A stretch of 24,339 nucleotides of DNA from Fidelibacterota bacterium (GCA_046861385.1 JBHHTW010000031.1:1-24339), one strand, 5' to 3'; counted from the stretch's first letter, positions 8,086 through 16,528 are shown. Numbers and translations: made by a program. The notes: generated by a model not told the origin, from the sequence alone.

Positions 8086-9051
8086 TTACCGCACACTGCT
8101 AACCAAAAACCCTTGTTCTTTCATCCACTCATTGGATAAAAATTTTGACATATAGTTTCTGACACCATCGGGTAAAATAACCAAACATTTTTGTCCTTTT
8201 TTCAATCCTTTCCCTTTCTTTAATGCTGCTACCATTGCTGTTCCGCTTGAACCACCGCAGAGTATTCCTTCTTCTTTGATCAATCTTCGGGCTACAGCGA
8301 AGGAGTCCTGATCATTTACTTTCACATATTCATCTATGAGCGTGTTGTCGAGTACATCCGGGAAAAAGTCATAACCGATACCTTCAACCTGATAGGGAAA
8401 CACTTCATCTCCACCACCAAGAATGGATCCATACGGATCGGCACCAATAATTTTGATGGACGGAATTTTTTCTTTTAATTTCTTGGCGACGCCTGTAATC
8501 GTACCACCGGTTCCGGCACCCATGACGCACATATCCAAATCTGCTCCAAAATCCGCCAGTATTTCTTCGGCAGTCCCTTCATAATGGGCACCCGGATTTT
8601 CCGGGTTGGAATACTGATCCAAGATGTGAGAATTTGGAATTTCGCTATTTAAATTTTTAGCAATGGATATATGGCTATCAGGGTCATCCCAGGCAGCTTC
8701 GGTGGGCGTCCGGACAATTTTAGCTCCCAATGCTTCCAGGACAACTTGTTTTTCCATACTCATTTTTTCCGGCATAACAATAAGACATTGATATCCCTTT
8801 ACGGCTGCGGCCAATGCAATTCCGATTCCCGTATTGCCGGAAGTGGGCTCAATTAATGTATCTCCCGGAGTTAATCGTCCGGATTTTTCAGCCTGTTCCA
8901 CCATTCGGTATCCGATTCGGTCTTTAACGGAGCCACCGGGATTAAAAAATTCGCATTTCACATAAAGATCACAATCCAACTCGCTTCCGATCCTGTTCAG
9001 TTTTACTGTAGGAGTATTGCCGATTGCCTGCAATATATTGTCTAAAATCAT
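8086..9051 (-). CDS. cbs: Cystathionine beta-synthase (catalytic core only; PLP fold-type II)
   Basis: [14 protein letters not shown] (PLP Lys), [63 protein letters not shown]. These signatures are CBS-type rather than CysK-type. Confidence 0.85.
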   Translation of the reverse strand: MILDNILQAIGNTPTVKLNRIGSELDCDLYVKCEFFNPGGSVKDRIGYRMVEQAEKSGRLTPGDTLIEPTSGNTGIGIALAAAVKGYQCLIVMPEKMSMEKQVVLEALGAKIVRTPTEAAWDDPDSHISIAKNLNSEIPNSHILDQYSNPENPGAHYEGTAEEILADFGADLDMCVMGAGTGGTITGVAKKLKEKIPSIKIIGADPYGSILGGGDEVFPYQVEGIGYDFFPDVLDNTLIDEYVKVNDQDSFAVARRLIKEEGILCGGSSGTAMVAALKKGKGLKKGQKCLVILPDGVRNYMSKFLSNEWMKEQGFLVSSVR

Positions 9052-9128
9052 TGGAATCCTTTCAAGAACAAAGTCAATGGTGTAATTTTAAAGGTCAAAA
9101 CTTAATGTAATTTTCATGGAGAAATAGA

Positions 9129-9863
9129 ATGAATCTTTTACAAGGCAAGGTATGTATTGTCACCGGCGGCGGAAGGGGAATCGGAAAAGCGACTGCCAAG
9201 AAATTCATTGACGAAGGTGGAATTGTTTATATCGCGGATTATGATGAATCATCCGGGGTAGCTACTGCGAAGGAAATAGGAGATAATTGCACTTACGTAA
9301 AAATGGATGTGAGTAATTCAGAAAATGTCAAATCGTTAATAAACCAAGTGAAAAATGATCAAAGCCGGATTGATATAATTGTGAACAATGCCGGTATTCT
9401 CCAGGATCAAACGTTGATGAAAATGGAGCCGGAGCAATTTGATCAAGTCATTCAGGTAAATATGCGCGGTGTATTTTTATGCACAAAATATGCTGCTGAA
9501 GTCATGCGGGAACAGGGTAGTGGTGTTATTTTGAATGCGTCGTCAGTTGTGGCTCGTTATGGAAATTACGGACAGACCAATTACGTTGCAGCCAAAGCAG
9601 GTCTGGAAGGTATGACCAAAGTTTGGGCCAGGGAATTAGGAAAATTTGGAATCAGAGTTAATGCTGTAGCCCCGGGATTTATTAAAACAGATATGATCGC
9701 CGGGATGCCGGAAAAAATCATCAAAATGATGGGAGATAAAGTGCCTCTAAAACGCTGGGGAAAACCGGAAGATGTGGCTAACCTTTATTGCTTTTTGGCA
9801 AGTGAAGAAGCCAGCTATATCAGCGGCGCAGTCCTGCCGGTGGATGGGGGAGTGGTTGTTTAG
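9129..9863 (+). CDS. fabG: 3-oxoacyl-ACP reductase-like short-chain dehydrogenase
   Basis: TGGGRGIG, NNAG, ASSV, GNYGQTNYVAAK (YxxxK), VAPGFIKTDM, SYISG...VDGG. It may be a FabG paralog or an acetoacetyl-CoA reductase. Confidence 0.8.
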   Translation: MNLLQGKVCIVTGGGRGIGKATAKKFIDEGGIVYIADYDESSGVATAKEIGDNCTYVKMDVSNSENVKSLINQVKNDQSRIDIIVNNAGILQDQTLMKMEPEQFDQVIQVNMRGVFLCTKYAAEVMREQGSGVILNASSVVARYGNYGQTNYVAAKAGLEGMTKVWARELGKFGIRVNAVAPGFIKTDMIAGMPEKIIKMMGDKVPLKRWGKPEDVANLYCFLASEEASYISGAVLPVDGGVVV

Positions 9864-9882
9864 TACTTAATGACAAAAGTTA

Positions 9883-9924
9883 AATAAAAAAGCCCTTTTG
9901 ATTGCTCAAAAGGGCTTTTTTATT
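9883..9924. terminator. Bidirectional intrinsic terminator
   Basis: Perfect 19-bp inverted repeat AATAAAAAAGCCCTTTTGA-TTGC-TCAAAAGGGCTTTTTTATT between the convergent SDR and hsp20 genes. Confidence 0.92.
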
Positions 9925-9938
9925 GTTGAGTGACTCCG

Positions 9939-10379
9939 TTACGAAATCTTGATTTCGTGACTTTTGGGTTTCACTTCTTCTGCCTTTGGCACTTCTACTG
10001 AAAGTATTCCGTCTTTAAAACTGGCTGTGATTTTATCTTCCAACACCGTTTCAGGAAGATTGAACGAGCGGCTAAAACTGCCATAACTGCGTTCCCGACG
10101 ATGATAGGTAGAGTTATCTTCATTTTTTTCATAAGACCGTTCGCCGGTGATTTCCAGAACGCCATCAATTAATGAAACTTTCACGTCTTTCTTTTTTAAT
10201 CCCGGAAGATCGGCTGTGATAGTATATGCATCATCTTTTTCCTTAATATCTACAGATGGAAGCCAGTTTGTACTTCTGTTGAGTACAGGAAAATTCCAAC
10301 CATCATTAAAGAATTCATCCAGCATACGGTCAACGTTTGTTAAGTAATGTCTTTTTGGTGTCCATTTTACGAGTGTCAT
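9939..10379 (-). CDS. Hsp20/alpha-crystallin small heat shock protein
   Basis: WLPSVDIKE, ADLPGL, RERSYGSFSRSFNLP, ASFKDGILSVEVPK. AGGAG RBS at 10386-10390 on the minus strand. Confidence 0.96.
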   Translation of the reverse strand: MTLVKWTPKRHYLTNVDRMLDEFFNDGWNFPVLNRSTNWLPSVDIKEKDDAYTITADLPGLKKKDVKVSLIDGVLEITGERSYEKNEDNSTYHRRERSYGSFSRSFNLPETVLEDKITASFKDGILSVEVPKAEEVKPKSHEIKIS

Positions 10380-10423
10380 TTTTTACTCCTTTTTTGTTTA
10401 TTTTTAAATGCACCGGGAATAGC

Positions 10424-10438
10424 TCAATCATCGTGCCG
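10424..10438 (-). promoter_or_regulatory. Putative sigma54 (-24/-12) promoter of hsp20
   Basis: Minus strand CGGCACG-ATGA-TTGA versus consensus TGGCACG-N4-TTGC, with correct spacing, 44 nt upstream of the start codon. Confidence 0.55.
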
Positions 10439-10548
10439 AATTCAATATTTTGTCATTTTAACTGCTTAGGATGCAGATATGGCAAGGGTGGCCGTTTCCA
10501 TGGCATGCCGGTCTGTAAATGTTGCAGAAATAGACTATCACCCACACA

Positions 10549-10660
10549 GTCATTGCGAACGTAGTGAAGTAATCTCCTTTCATATACATACCCAAGGAGA
10601 CCGCATGTCCGCCGAAGTCGAAGCGTATGCGGGCTGCGTCATTTCATTCCTTGCTAAGAC
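10549..10660. repeat. REP-like palindromic element, copy 1
   Basis: GTCATTGCGA...AATCTCCTT-loop-AAGGAGA...TTGCTAAGAC. Inner arms TCTCCTT (10573-79) and AAGGAGA (10594-600) pair perfectly. Confidence 0.65.
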
Positions 10661-10693
10661 CATTTTTTGTTTTTTAATAAATAAATAGATAGT

Positions 10694-10797
10694 GTCATTG
10701 CGAGACACAGATTTAGTTGTATCGTGGCAATCTCCTTACTTAAGCAGATAGAAGGTGATAGGTCCGTCTCCACCGGCTGGCGTATCTTCGCTACGAT
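10694..10797. repeat. REP-like palindromic element, copy 2
   Basis: GTCATTGCGA...GCAATCTCCTT-loop-AAGGTGAT...TCGCTACGAT. The layout matches copy 1 and the first 10 nt are identical. Confidence 0.6.
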
Positions 10798-10911
10798 AAA
10801 TTTTTGAAAATAGTTTTGAACAAAAGTGTTTTCTGTTCATCAAATGATTGATAGAAAACTTTTCAAAACCTATGAAACAAATTAAAAAATCTAAAATTCG
10901 CCTGCTTTTTG

Positions 10912-10961
10912 TTCCTTCCCGCCTGCCACAATCATATTAAAAAGAAGGGGGCGGGCAGGAA
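10912..10961. repeat. GC-rich hairpin (REP-like)
   Basis: TTCCTTCCCGCC (10912-23) and GGCGGGCAGGAA (10950-61) are complementary at 11/12 positions, around an AT-rich loop. Confidence 0.55.
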
Positions 10962-11059
10962 TCAGACAATTATTATCTCTTTTTTCTTTACACTAAAGGT
11001 TTCGCAATGGTCTCTAGTAGTGTAATTTTGGATTCATTTATTAAAGAGAAATAATCACA

Positions 11060-12289
11060 ATGAGTAAACTGGCATTATTTGGCGGAAATCCCATCCGCAC
11101 GGAACCTTTCCCTTCGTGGCCCAGACCTTCGTCGTCATTAGGAGAAAGTGTATTAAAAACGCTGGAAAACGAGAATTGGGGCGTGGGTAGCAAAGCTATT
11201 ACACGATTTGAGGAATCATTTGCGGCTTTTCAGGATGCCAAATATTGCATTAGTACAAATTCCGGGACAGCTGCACTTTGGGTTGCATTAAAAGCTGGCG
11301 GAGTTAAAGCAGGGGATGAAGTAATCATTCCAGCCTATACATTTATTGCGACTGCCTCCGCCGTGCTGACGGCAAATGCAGTTCCTGTATTCGTCGATAT
11401 TGATGAAAATACACTCAATATTGATCCCAAATTGATCGAAAAGGCCATTACCGAAAAAACGAAAGCGATTATGCCCGTGCATATTGGAGGAAATCCGGCT
11501 GATATGGATTCGATTATTAAAATTGGGAAACAATATAATATTCCCATTATTGAGGATGCCGCCCAGGCTCACGGAGCTGAATGGAACGGTAAAAAAGTGG
11601 GAGCCATAGGACTGGGTGGAATTTTCAGTTTCCAGACATCTAAAAATATGACAGCCGGGGAAGGGGGCGCGATCGTCACCAACAATGACCCGTTCAAAGA
11701 AGCGTGTTTTTCCTACCATAACTGTGGACGAGTCAGAGATGGAAAATGGTATGAACACCAGCATCTTGGAGGAAATTTCCGGTTGAACGCGTTGGCCGCT
11801 TCGTTATTATCCCCACAGTTAAAGACGATAGGCAACGATATGAATATTAGAGATAAAAATAAGGAAAAACTTGACAACGCTCTGAAACAAATTGACGGTT
11901 TAGAATTAACGGAATCATATCCACGGACAACACGTTCCTCTCATCATTTATACATCCTAAAGTATAAGAAAGAAAAGTTAAATGAGATTCACAGAGATAT
12001 ATTTTTTAAAGCTATGCAGGCGGAAGGAGTATATACTTATGCAGGTTATAAACCACTGTACAGGGAAAATTTATTCATAACTGATCCTAAAGAATATCCT
12101 TGGTTAAAAGATCATGATTATGCAGCAATGTCGTTACCGGTAACAGAGAAGATTTGTGATGAAGAATCCGTGTGGCTGAAACAAAATCATCTTCTCGGAA
12201 ATAATGAAGATATTCAGGATATAATTGATGCGTTTGAAAAAGTAACTAATGTGATAAAACATAATCCAGAGAAATTGAAAGGTCACTAG
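11060..12289 (+). CDS. DegT/DnrJ/EryC1/StrS-family PLP aminotransferase
   Basis: TNSGTAAL, GDEVIIPAYTFIATA, EDAAQAHGA, SFQTSKNMTAGEGG (PLP Lys). The N-terminus KLALFGGNPIRTEPFPSWP resembles the AHBA-synthase / scyllo-inosose aminotransferase subgroup. Confidence 0.92.
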   Translation: MSKLALFGGNPIRTEPFPSWPRPSSSLGESVLKTLENENWGVGSKAITRFEESFAAFQDAKYCISTNSGTAALWVALKAGGVKAGDEVIIPAYTFIATASAVLTANAVPVFVDIDENTLNIDPKLIEKAITEKTKAIMPVHIGGNPADMDSIIKIGKQYNIPIIEDAAQAHGAEWNGKKVGAIGLGGIFSFQTSKNMTAGEGGAIVTNNDPFKEACFSYHNCGRVRDGKWYEHQHLGGNFRLNALAASLLSPQLKTIGNDMNIRDKNKEKLDNALKQIDGLELTESYPRTTRSSHHLYILKYKKEKLNEIHRDIFFKAMQAEGVYTYAGYKPLYRENLFITDPKEYPWLKDHDYAAMSLPVTEKICDEESVWLKQNHLLGNNEDIQDIIDAFEKVTNVIKHNPEKLKGH

Positions 12290-12303
12290 TCTAGAAGGAA
12301 AAT

Positions 12304-13743
12304 ATGATGAATGAAGTTGATTTGAATAAATTATTAGGTGCCGTAGACGTTCCTGCCGATTGGGTAGGGATTCGAGAAGTCCGTGAAGTGAATACAACCA
12401 GGTATGTACGAGACGAAAATCCTCAGTCAAATTCCAGAAGCGCAAGCCATGGATTAATGGTTGAAGTACTTGCGAATGGGCAGTTTGGCTACTGTGCAAC
12501 GGGCAGGATGGATGATGCATCTGTGGCAGAATCTGCCCGGAAAGCATACCGTCAAGCTTTGGCCGCGTCAGAATATGCAGTTTACTCATTTTCCGAAGAT
12601 GCGCGCCCTTTTCATACCGGGACATACGTGTCTTCCGTGACAAAAGATTTGGATTCACTTTCAGCGGGTGAAATCAATGATCTACTGATTAATATAAACA
12701 AGGAATTAAAAGTATCGGATAAAATTATTTCTGCCAATGCATATGGGGTGTTATTAGATGTTTACCATCGATTTGTGAGCTCCAACGGAAGCGATATCTC
12801 ACAGAAGTTTGTGATTACATCGTTGGAAATGCAAGCCACTGCACAGGAAGGGTCGGAAACGCAATCTCGGTCAAACGGTGGTAGAGGAAATGCTCGGCAA
12901 TTGGGTCTTGAGGCATTTGAAGAAGAATCTGCCCTGGCTATTGCCCATAAAGTTGGATCACAGGCGGTGGAATTATTATCAGCGGAAAATTGTCCAACCG
13001 GCACTTTTGATCTGGTGCTGGCTCCAGATCAGATGATATTGCAGATTCATGAAAGCGTTGGACATGCCTTAGAAATAGATAGAATTCTGGGAGATGAACG
13101 AAATTATGCCGGTTGGAGTTTTGTACAGCTTGAGGATTTCGGGAAATTGCAATATGGTTCAGAACTTATGAATGTGACCTTTGATCCAACCGTTCAATCC
13201 CAATTAGCATCTTATTCTTTTGATGATGGCGGATTAAAAGCTGACCGTAAATATATTATTAAGAAAGGAAAATTATTGAGGGGACTGGGTGCAAAAGAGA
13301 GCCAAACTCGTTCCGGAGTCTTGGGCGTTGCCAATTTTAGAGCATCGTCATGGAATAGACCTCCAATCGATAGAATGGCTAATTTAAATCTTGAACCGGG
13401 AACATCGTCCTTCGATGAAATTATTTCCTCCGTTGAATTCGGTGTTATGATGGAGGCAAATCGATCCTGGTCTATTGATGATTATAGGAATAAGTTCCAA
13501 TTTGGGTGTGAATATGGGCGTTTGATTGAAAAGGGAAAATTCACCAAAACAATTAAGAATCCCAATTATCGTGGTATATCAAATTCTTTCTGGGCAAACC
13601 TTGCAAAGGTTGGAAATAAAGATACATTTGAAATATATGGAACACCAAATTGCGGAAAAGGAGAACCGAACCAAGTGATTCGTGTTGGTCACGCATCGCC
13701 TGTTTGTTTATTTAATAATGTTGATATTTTTGGAGGTGCGTGA
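12304..13743 (+). CDS. tldD: TldD-family metalloprotease, catalytic subunit
   Basis: IHESVGHALE (HExxxH), SFDDGG, PIDRMANLNLEPG, C-terminal metal-ligand Cys in PNCGKGEPNQ. Confidence 0.92.
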   Translation: MMNEVDLNKLLGAVDVPADWVGIREVREVNTTRYVRDENPQSNSRSASHGLMVEVLANGQFGYCATGRMDDASVAESARKAYRQALAASEYAVYSFSEDARPFHTGTYVSSVTKDLDSLSAGEINDLLININKELKVSDKIISANAYGVLLDVYHRFVSSNGSDISQKFVITSLEMQATAQEGSETQSRSNGGRGNARQLGLEAFEEESALAIAHKVGSQAVELLSAENCPTGTFDLVLAPDQMILQIHESVGHALEIDRILGDERNYAGWSFVQLEDFGKLQYGSELMNVTFDPTVQSQLASYSFDDGGLKADRKYIIKKGKLLRGLGAKESQTRSGVLGVANFRASSWNRPPIDRMANLNLEPGTSSFDEIISSVEFGVMMEANRSWSIDDYRNKFQFGCEYGRLIEKGKFTKTIKNPNYRGISNSFWANLAKVGNKDTFEIYGTPNCGKGEPNQVIRVGHASPVCLFNNVDIFGGA

Positions 13744-15068
13744 TGGAACAATTATTTGATCAAATCAATGATGCATTAATGAAACAGCTGAATAAGGATG
13801 AGCATTTAAAATTATCTTTCAGTGGAGAGAATAGCCAATACATTCGAATTAATAATCATAAGGTACGGCAAACCGGGCTCGTGCAAGAAAGAAACTTGAG
13901 TCTGGTCCTAATCAGGAATTCCCGAACATGCTCCGGTGCAGTTACTTTAAGTGGAATACTTAAACATGATTTAGACAATGCAGTGTCTGAACTTCAACGT
14001 TTAAGAATGGAAGTTGATCAATTACCGGAAGATCCCTTTATTTCGTTACCTGTAAATATGGGCTCAAGTCACTCAATTACATCGCCGGAATTACTGGATG
14101 AAGAAGATGCTATTTCAGCGATTATGCCGCCGTTGCAGGGGTTGGACATCGCCGGGATTTGGGCATCTGGTATTATTTATAGAGGAACAGCGAATTCAGC
14201 AGGACAAAAACATTGGTTTCAGTCCGGGTCATTTAGTCTTGACAGTTCATTTGTCACCCCTGATCATAAAATGGTGAAAGGGACGTTTGCTGGATCATCA
14301 TGGGATCAGGTTGAATATGAGAGATTTATTAAAAATTCCCGTAAAAAACTGGAAATCATGAATAGAAAACCAATTAAAATGAAACCGGGTAATTACCGGA
14401 CATGGTTTGCGCCTTCAGCTGTGGGTGATTTTTTAGGTATGTTTTCCTGGTTTGGACTGAGTGAAGGATCCATTCGCCAAGGTAAAAGCGCATTTTTGAA
14501 AATGCACGATGAAGGTGAAGGGCTTTCGGAAAAATTTTCCATTTCAGAGGATTTTACAACCGGTATGGTACCAAGATTTAATACGGATGGTGAAGTGGCA
14601 CCTGAAAAATTGGATTTGATCAAAAATGGCCGTTTAGTAAATACACTGATTTCTACCAGAACAGCAAATGAGTATGGGATTGAGTCCAATTTTGCAGATC
14701 CCAATGGAGAATATCTGAGAATGCCTGTAATGGCATCAGGTGAATTGGAAGAGGAAAACGTGTTAAAAGCCCTCGATACCGGGCTTTATCTATCCAATCT
14801 CTGGTATTTGAACTGGAGCGATAATATTAATGGCAGAATTACCGGTATGACTAGATACGCCTGTTTCTGGGTTGAAAATGGTGAAATAGTCGCTCCGATT
14901 GAATCCATGCGGTTTGATGATACATTGTACAATTTCTTTGGGAAAGAATTAGAAGCTGTAGGCAGTAAAGCAGAGTTTCTCCCAACAGTCGAAACCTATT
15001 ATGAACGACAGCTGGGAGGAACCATTTGTCCGGGAATCCTTGTTAATTCTTTCTCATTGACTCTTTAG
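13740..15068 (+). CDS. tldE: TldE/PmbA-family subunit
   Basis: Translationally coupled to tldD through GTGATG (GTG 13740 or ATG 13743). Motifs PRFNTDG, LIKNGRLVN, LWYLN, ITGMTRYACFWVENGEI, MRFDD. No HExxxH motif. Confidence 0.88.
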   Translation: MMEQLFDQINDALMKQLNKDEHLKLSFSGENSQYIRINNHKVRQTGLVQERNLSLVLIRNSRTCSGAVTLSGILKHDLDNAVSELQRLRMEVDQLPEDPFISLPVNMGSSHSITSPELLDEEDAISAIMPPLQGLDIAGIWASGIIYRGTANSAGQKHWFQSGSFSLDSSFVTPDHKMVKGTFAGSSWDQVEYERFIKNSRKKLEIMNRKPIKMKPGNYRTWFAPSAVGDFLGMFSWFGLSEGSIRQGKSAFLKMHDEGEGLSEKFSISEDFTTGMVPRFNTDGEVAPEKLDLIKNGRLVNTLISTRTANEYGIESNFADPNGEYLRMPVMASGELEEENVLKALDTGLYLSNLWYLNWSDNINGRITGMTRYACFWVENGEIVAPIESMRFDDTLYNFFGKELEAVGSKAEFLPTVETYYERQLGGTICPGILVNSFSLTL

Positions 15069-15091
15069 AGTCTTCATATAGGATTTATAAT

Positions 15092-15376
15092 TTATTTACT
15101 TTTTTTCATCGTATCCCATTCTTCAACAGAATACGTTTTCATAGAAAAAGCATGAATTTCCTTTTTCATCAGGTTATTGATAGCAGAATAAACCAAACGG
15201 TGACGTTCCAATAGATTTAAATTACTAAAATTGGATGAAACAATGATGGCGCTATAATGTGCCCCTCCCGACGAGGATTTATGATGGAGATGTTTACCTG
15301 TATCATCAATCAGTTCCAAATGCTTGATATCAAAACATTGATTTAATTTAATTTCAATTTCATTATGTATATTCAT
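15092..15376 (-). CDS. bolA: BolA family protein
   Basis: LELIDDTGKH..H, HYSAIIVSSNF, LERHRLVY, IHAFSMKT. I prefer the ATG at 15376 over the track's TTG at 15397. Confidence 0.92.
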   Translation of the reverse strand: MNIHNEIEIKLNQCFDIKHLELIDDTGKHLHHKSSSGGAHYSAIIVSSNFSNLNLLERHRLVYSAINNLMKKEIHAFSMKTYSVEEWDTMKKSK

Positions 15377-15418
15377 AATCGATGCGCTTTTATTCAATAA
15401 AGTTTAATAAATTTAAAC

Positions 15419-15808
15419 ATGAAAAAATATGTAGAAGATTATAGTCTAACTGAAAAAGACATTCAACTTATGGAACAAAAAATTGCGGCATTTGATCTTT
15501 CCAGGGAACATGAAATATTAGTCGATATTCACCAAAAGATAGAATCAATGCTGGCCTCATCGAATTTGAATGAGTTGACGACCGAACTAATTAATGACAT
15601 CTCTCGATTGTATAAAATAATATCAGCGATGCCTTCTTTGAATAATAATCTTAAAAGAAAAATACTATATGCTTTGGATTATTTTATCAACACTGATGAT
15701 GAAATACCGGATGAAATTCCAAGTCTGGGTTATCTAGATGATTTAGCTGTTGTTAGATATGTGATTAATCAGATTATTTCCAACGGTACGGAAATTTATC
15801 AATCCTAA
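15419..15808 (+). CDS. DUF1232/YkvA-like protein
   Basis: C-terminal ALDYFINTDDEIPDEIPSLGYLDDLAVV matches the YkvA pattern Y...D.IPD.IP..G..DD. Confidence 0.8.
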   Translation: MKKYVEDYSLTEKDIQLMEQKIAAFDLSREHEILVDIHQKIESMLASSNLNELTTELINDISRLYKIISAMPSLNNNLKRKILYALDYFINTDDEIPDEIPSLGYLDDLAVVRYVINQIISNGTEIYQS

Positions 15809-16002
15809 GCAGTTAATTCCTTCTCAGAATATTGCCACTGACATTTTGGACACCACCACGGTTTTCCCAGATAAGTTTCAATATTTTCATTTAATTGCAT
15901 CGGAGTACTGCATGTTGGGCAATTTCGTTCGGTTCCCTCTTCCGGCCAGTCATAATCCGGTCGAAATTTAATTGCGGGGTCGTAAGTCGTATGTTTATCC
16001 AT
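15805..16002 (-). CDS. Small zinc-ribbon hypothetical protein
   Basis: 65 aa with CPTC and WWCPKC knuckles. It has an ATG start and fills the gap, and its stop overlaps the DUF1232 stop. Confidence 0.7.
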   Translation of the reverse strand: MDKHTTYDPAIKFRPDYDWPEEGTERNCPTCSTPMQLNENIETYLGKPWWCPKCQWQYSEKELTA

Positions 16003-16054
16003 TATAAAAATTAAGATAGTTAACTGATAATGTGTAACTGATATTCTTCATGCA

Positions 16055-16074
16055 TCAGGTTTTGCAAAACCTGA
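16055..16074. repeat. Perfect 20-bp palindrome
   Basis: TCAGGTTTTGCAAAACCTGA, extendable by TCATG (16048-52)/CATGA (16075-79) with a 2-nt bulge. Confidence 0.8.
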
Positions 16075-16087
16075 CATGACTAAGAGT

Positions 16088-16528
16088 TCATCCGGTTGCT
16101 TTCCATAAAAGAAATAATGCCATGATACTCATTACAGTTCCAATATAGAGTGTTATTTTGTTTTCGGTTTTTATCGCTTTGAATTGCGTGTACTCATTAT
16201 CAAAATAGAGCGCTACCTTTACTGTATCCCCAATCGGGACATAAACTTTTTTGATTGCATGGTATAACTGTTGTTTAACATAAGCATCTTTGATTTGAGG
16301 TGGTGCATATCCCACTTCATGAAATCCGGCCAAAACTGGAACGGGTTGATTCACAGGAGACTTCCCAATAAGGATGCCATCTACAAAAAGTGAAACACCT
16401 AAGCTATCGCATGTAGGCAGAATATATCCGGTTTCCGGGATCTTTCCAGTTGTATCAGCTGTTGAAGCCCATAAAACGGAAAGAAGGCTGTATATCATGC
16501 AAATGGATTTAGACTTGGAATACACCAT
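16088..16528 (-). CDS. PEGA-like domain membrane-anchored protein
   Basis: GVSLFVDGILIGKSPV...VLAGFHEV resembles a PEGA repeat. It has a hydrophobic N-terminus and a C-terminal TM helix. The likely start is ATG 16528 or 16498, because the track's 16624 start overlaps the divergent gene. Confidence 0.65.
   Translation of the reverse strand: MVYSKSKSICMIYSLLSVLWASTADTTGKIPETGYILPTCDSLGVSLFVDGILIGKSPVNQPVPVLAGFHEVGYAPPQIKDAYVKQQLYHAIKKVYVPIGDTVKVALYFDNEYTQFKAIKTENKITLYIGTVMSIMALFLLWKATG

Noticed and set aside
7925..8155. 76-aa plus-strand ORF across the redoxin/cbs gap
   Set aside because: It overlaps both neighbours in antisense, has a TTG start and no recognisable motif.
10337..10688. Small Cys-containing ORFs 10337..10564 and 10479..10688 as possible RiPP precursors for TldDE
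   Set aside because: They run through the hsp20 start/promoter and the palindromic repeat (SHCERSEVIS is the translated repeat), and have no convincing RBS.
10549..10797. Possible CRISPR array
   Set aside because: There are only two diverged copies, 145 nt apart, with no constant repeat-spacer period and no cas genes.
10802..10869. AT-rich imperfect hairpin containing ATCAA-N4-TTGAT
   Set aside because: The half-sites are in the reverse order of an FNR box (TTGAT-N4-ATCAA), and the pairing is mostly A/T tracts, plausible by chance.
11288..14704. Antisense ORFs within the aminotransferase and tldDE (11288..11764, 11335..11547, 12134..12658, 12762..13004, 14393..14704)
   Set aside because: They lie opposite well-supported genes and have no motifs.
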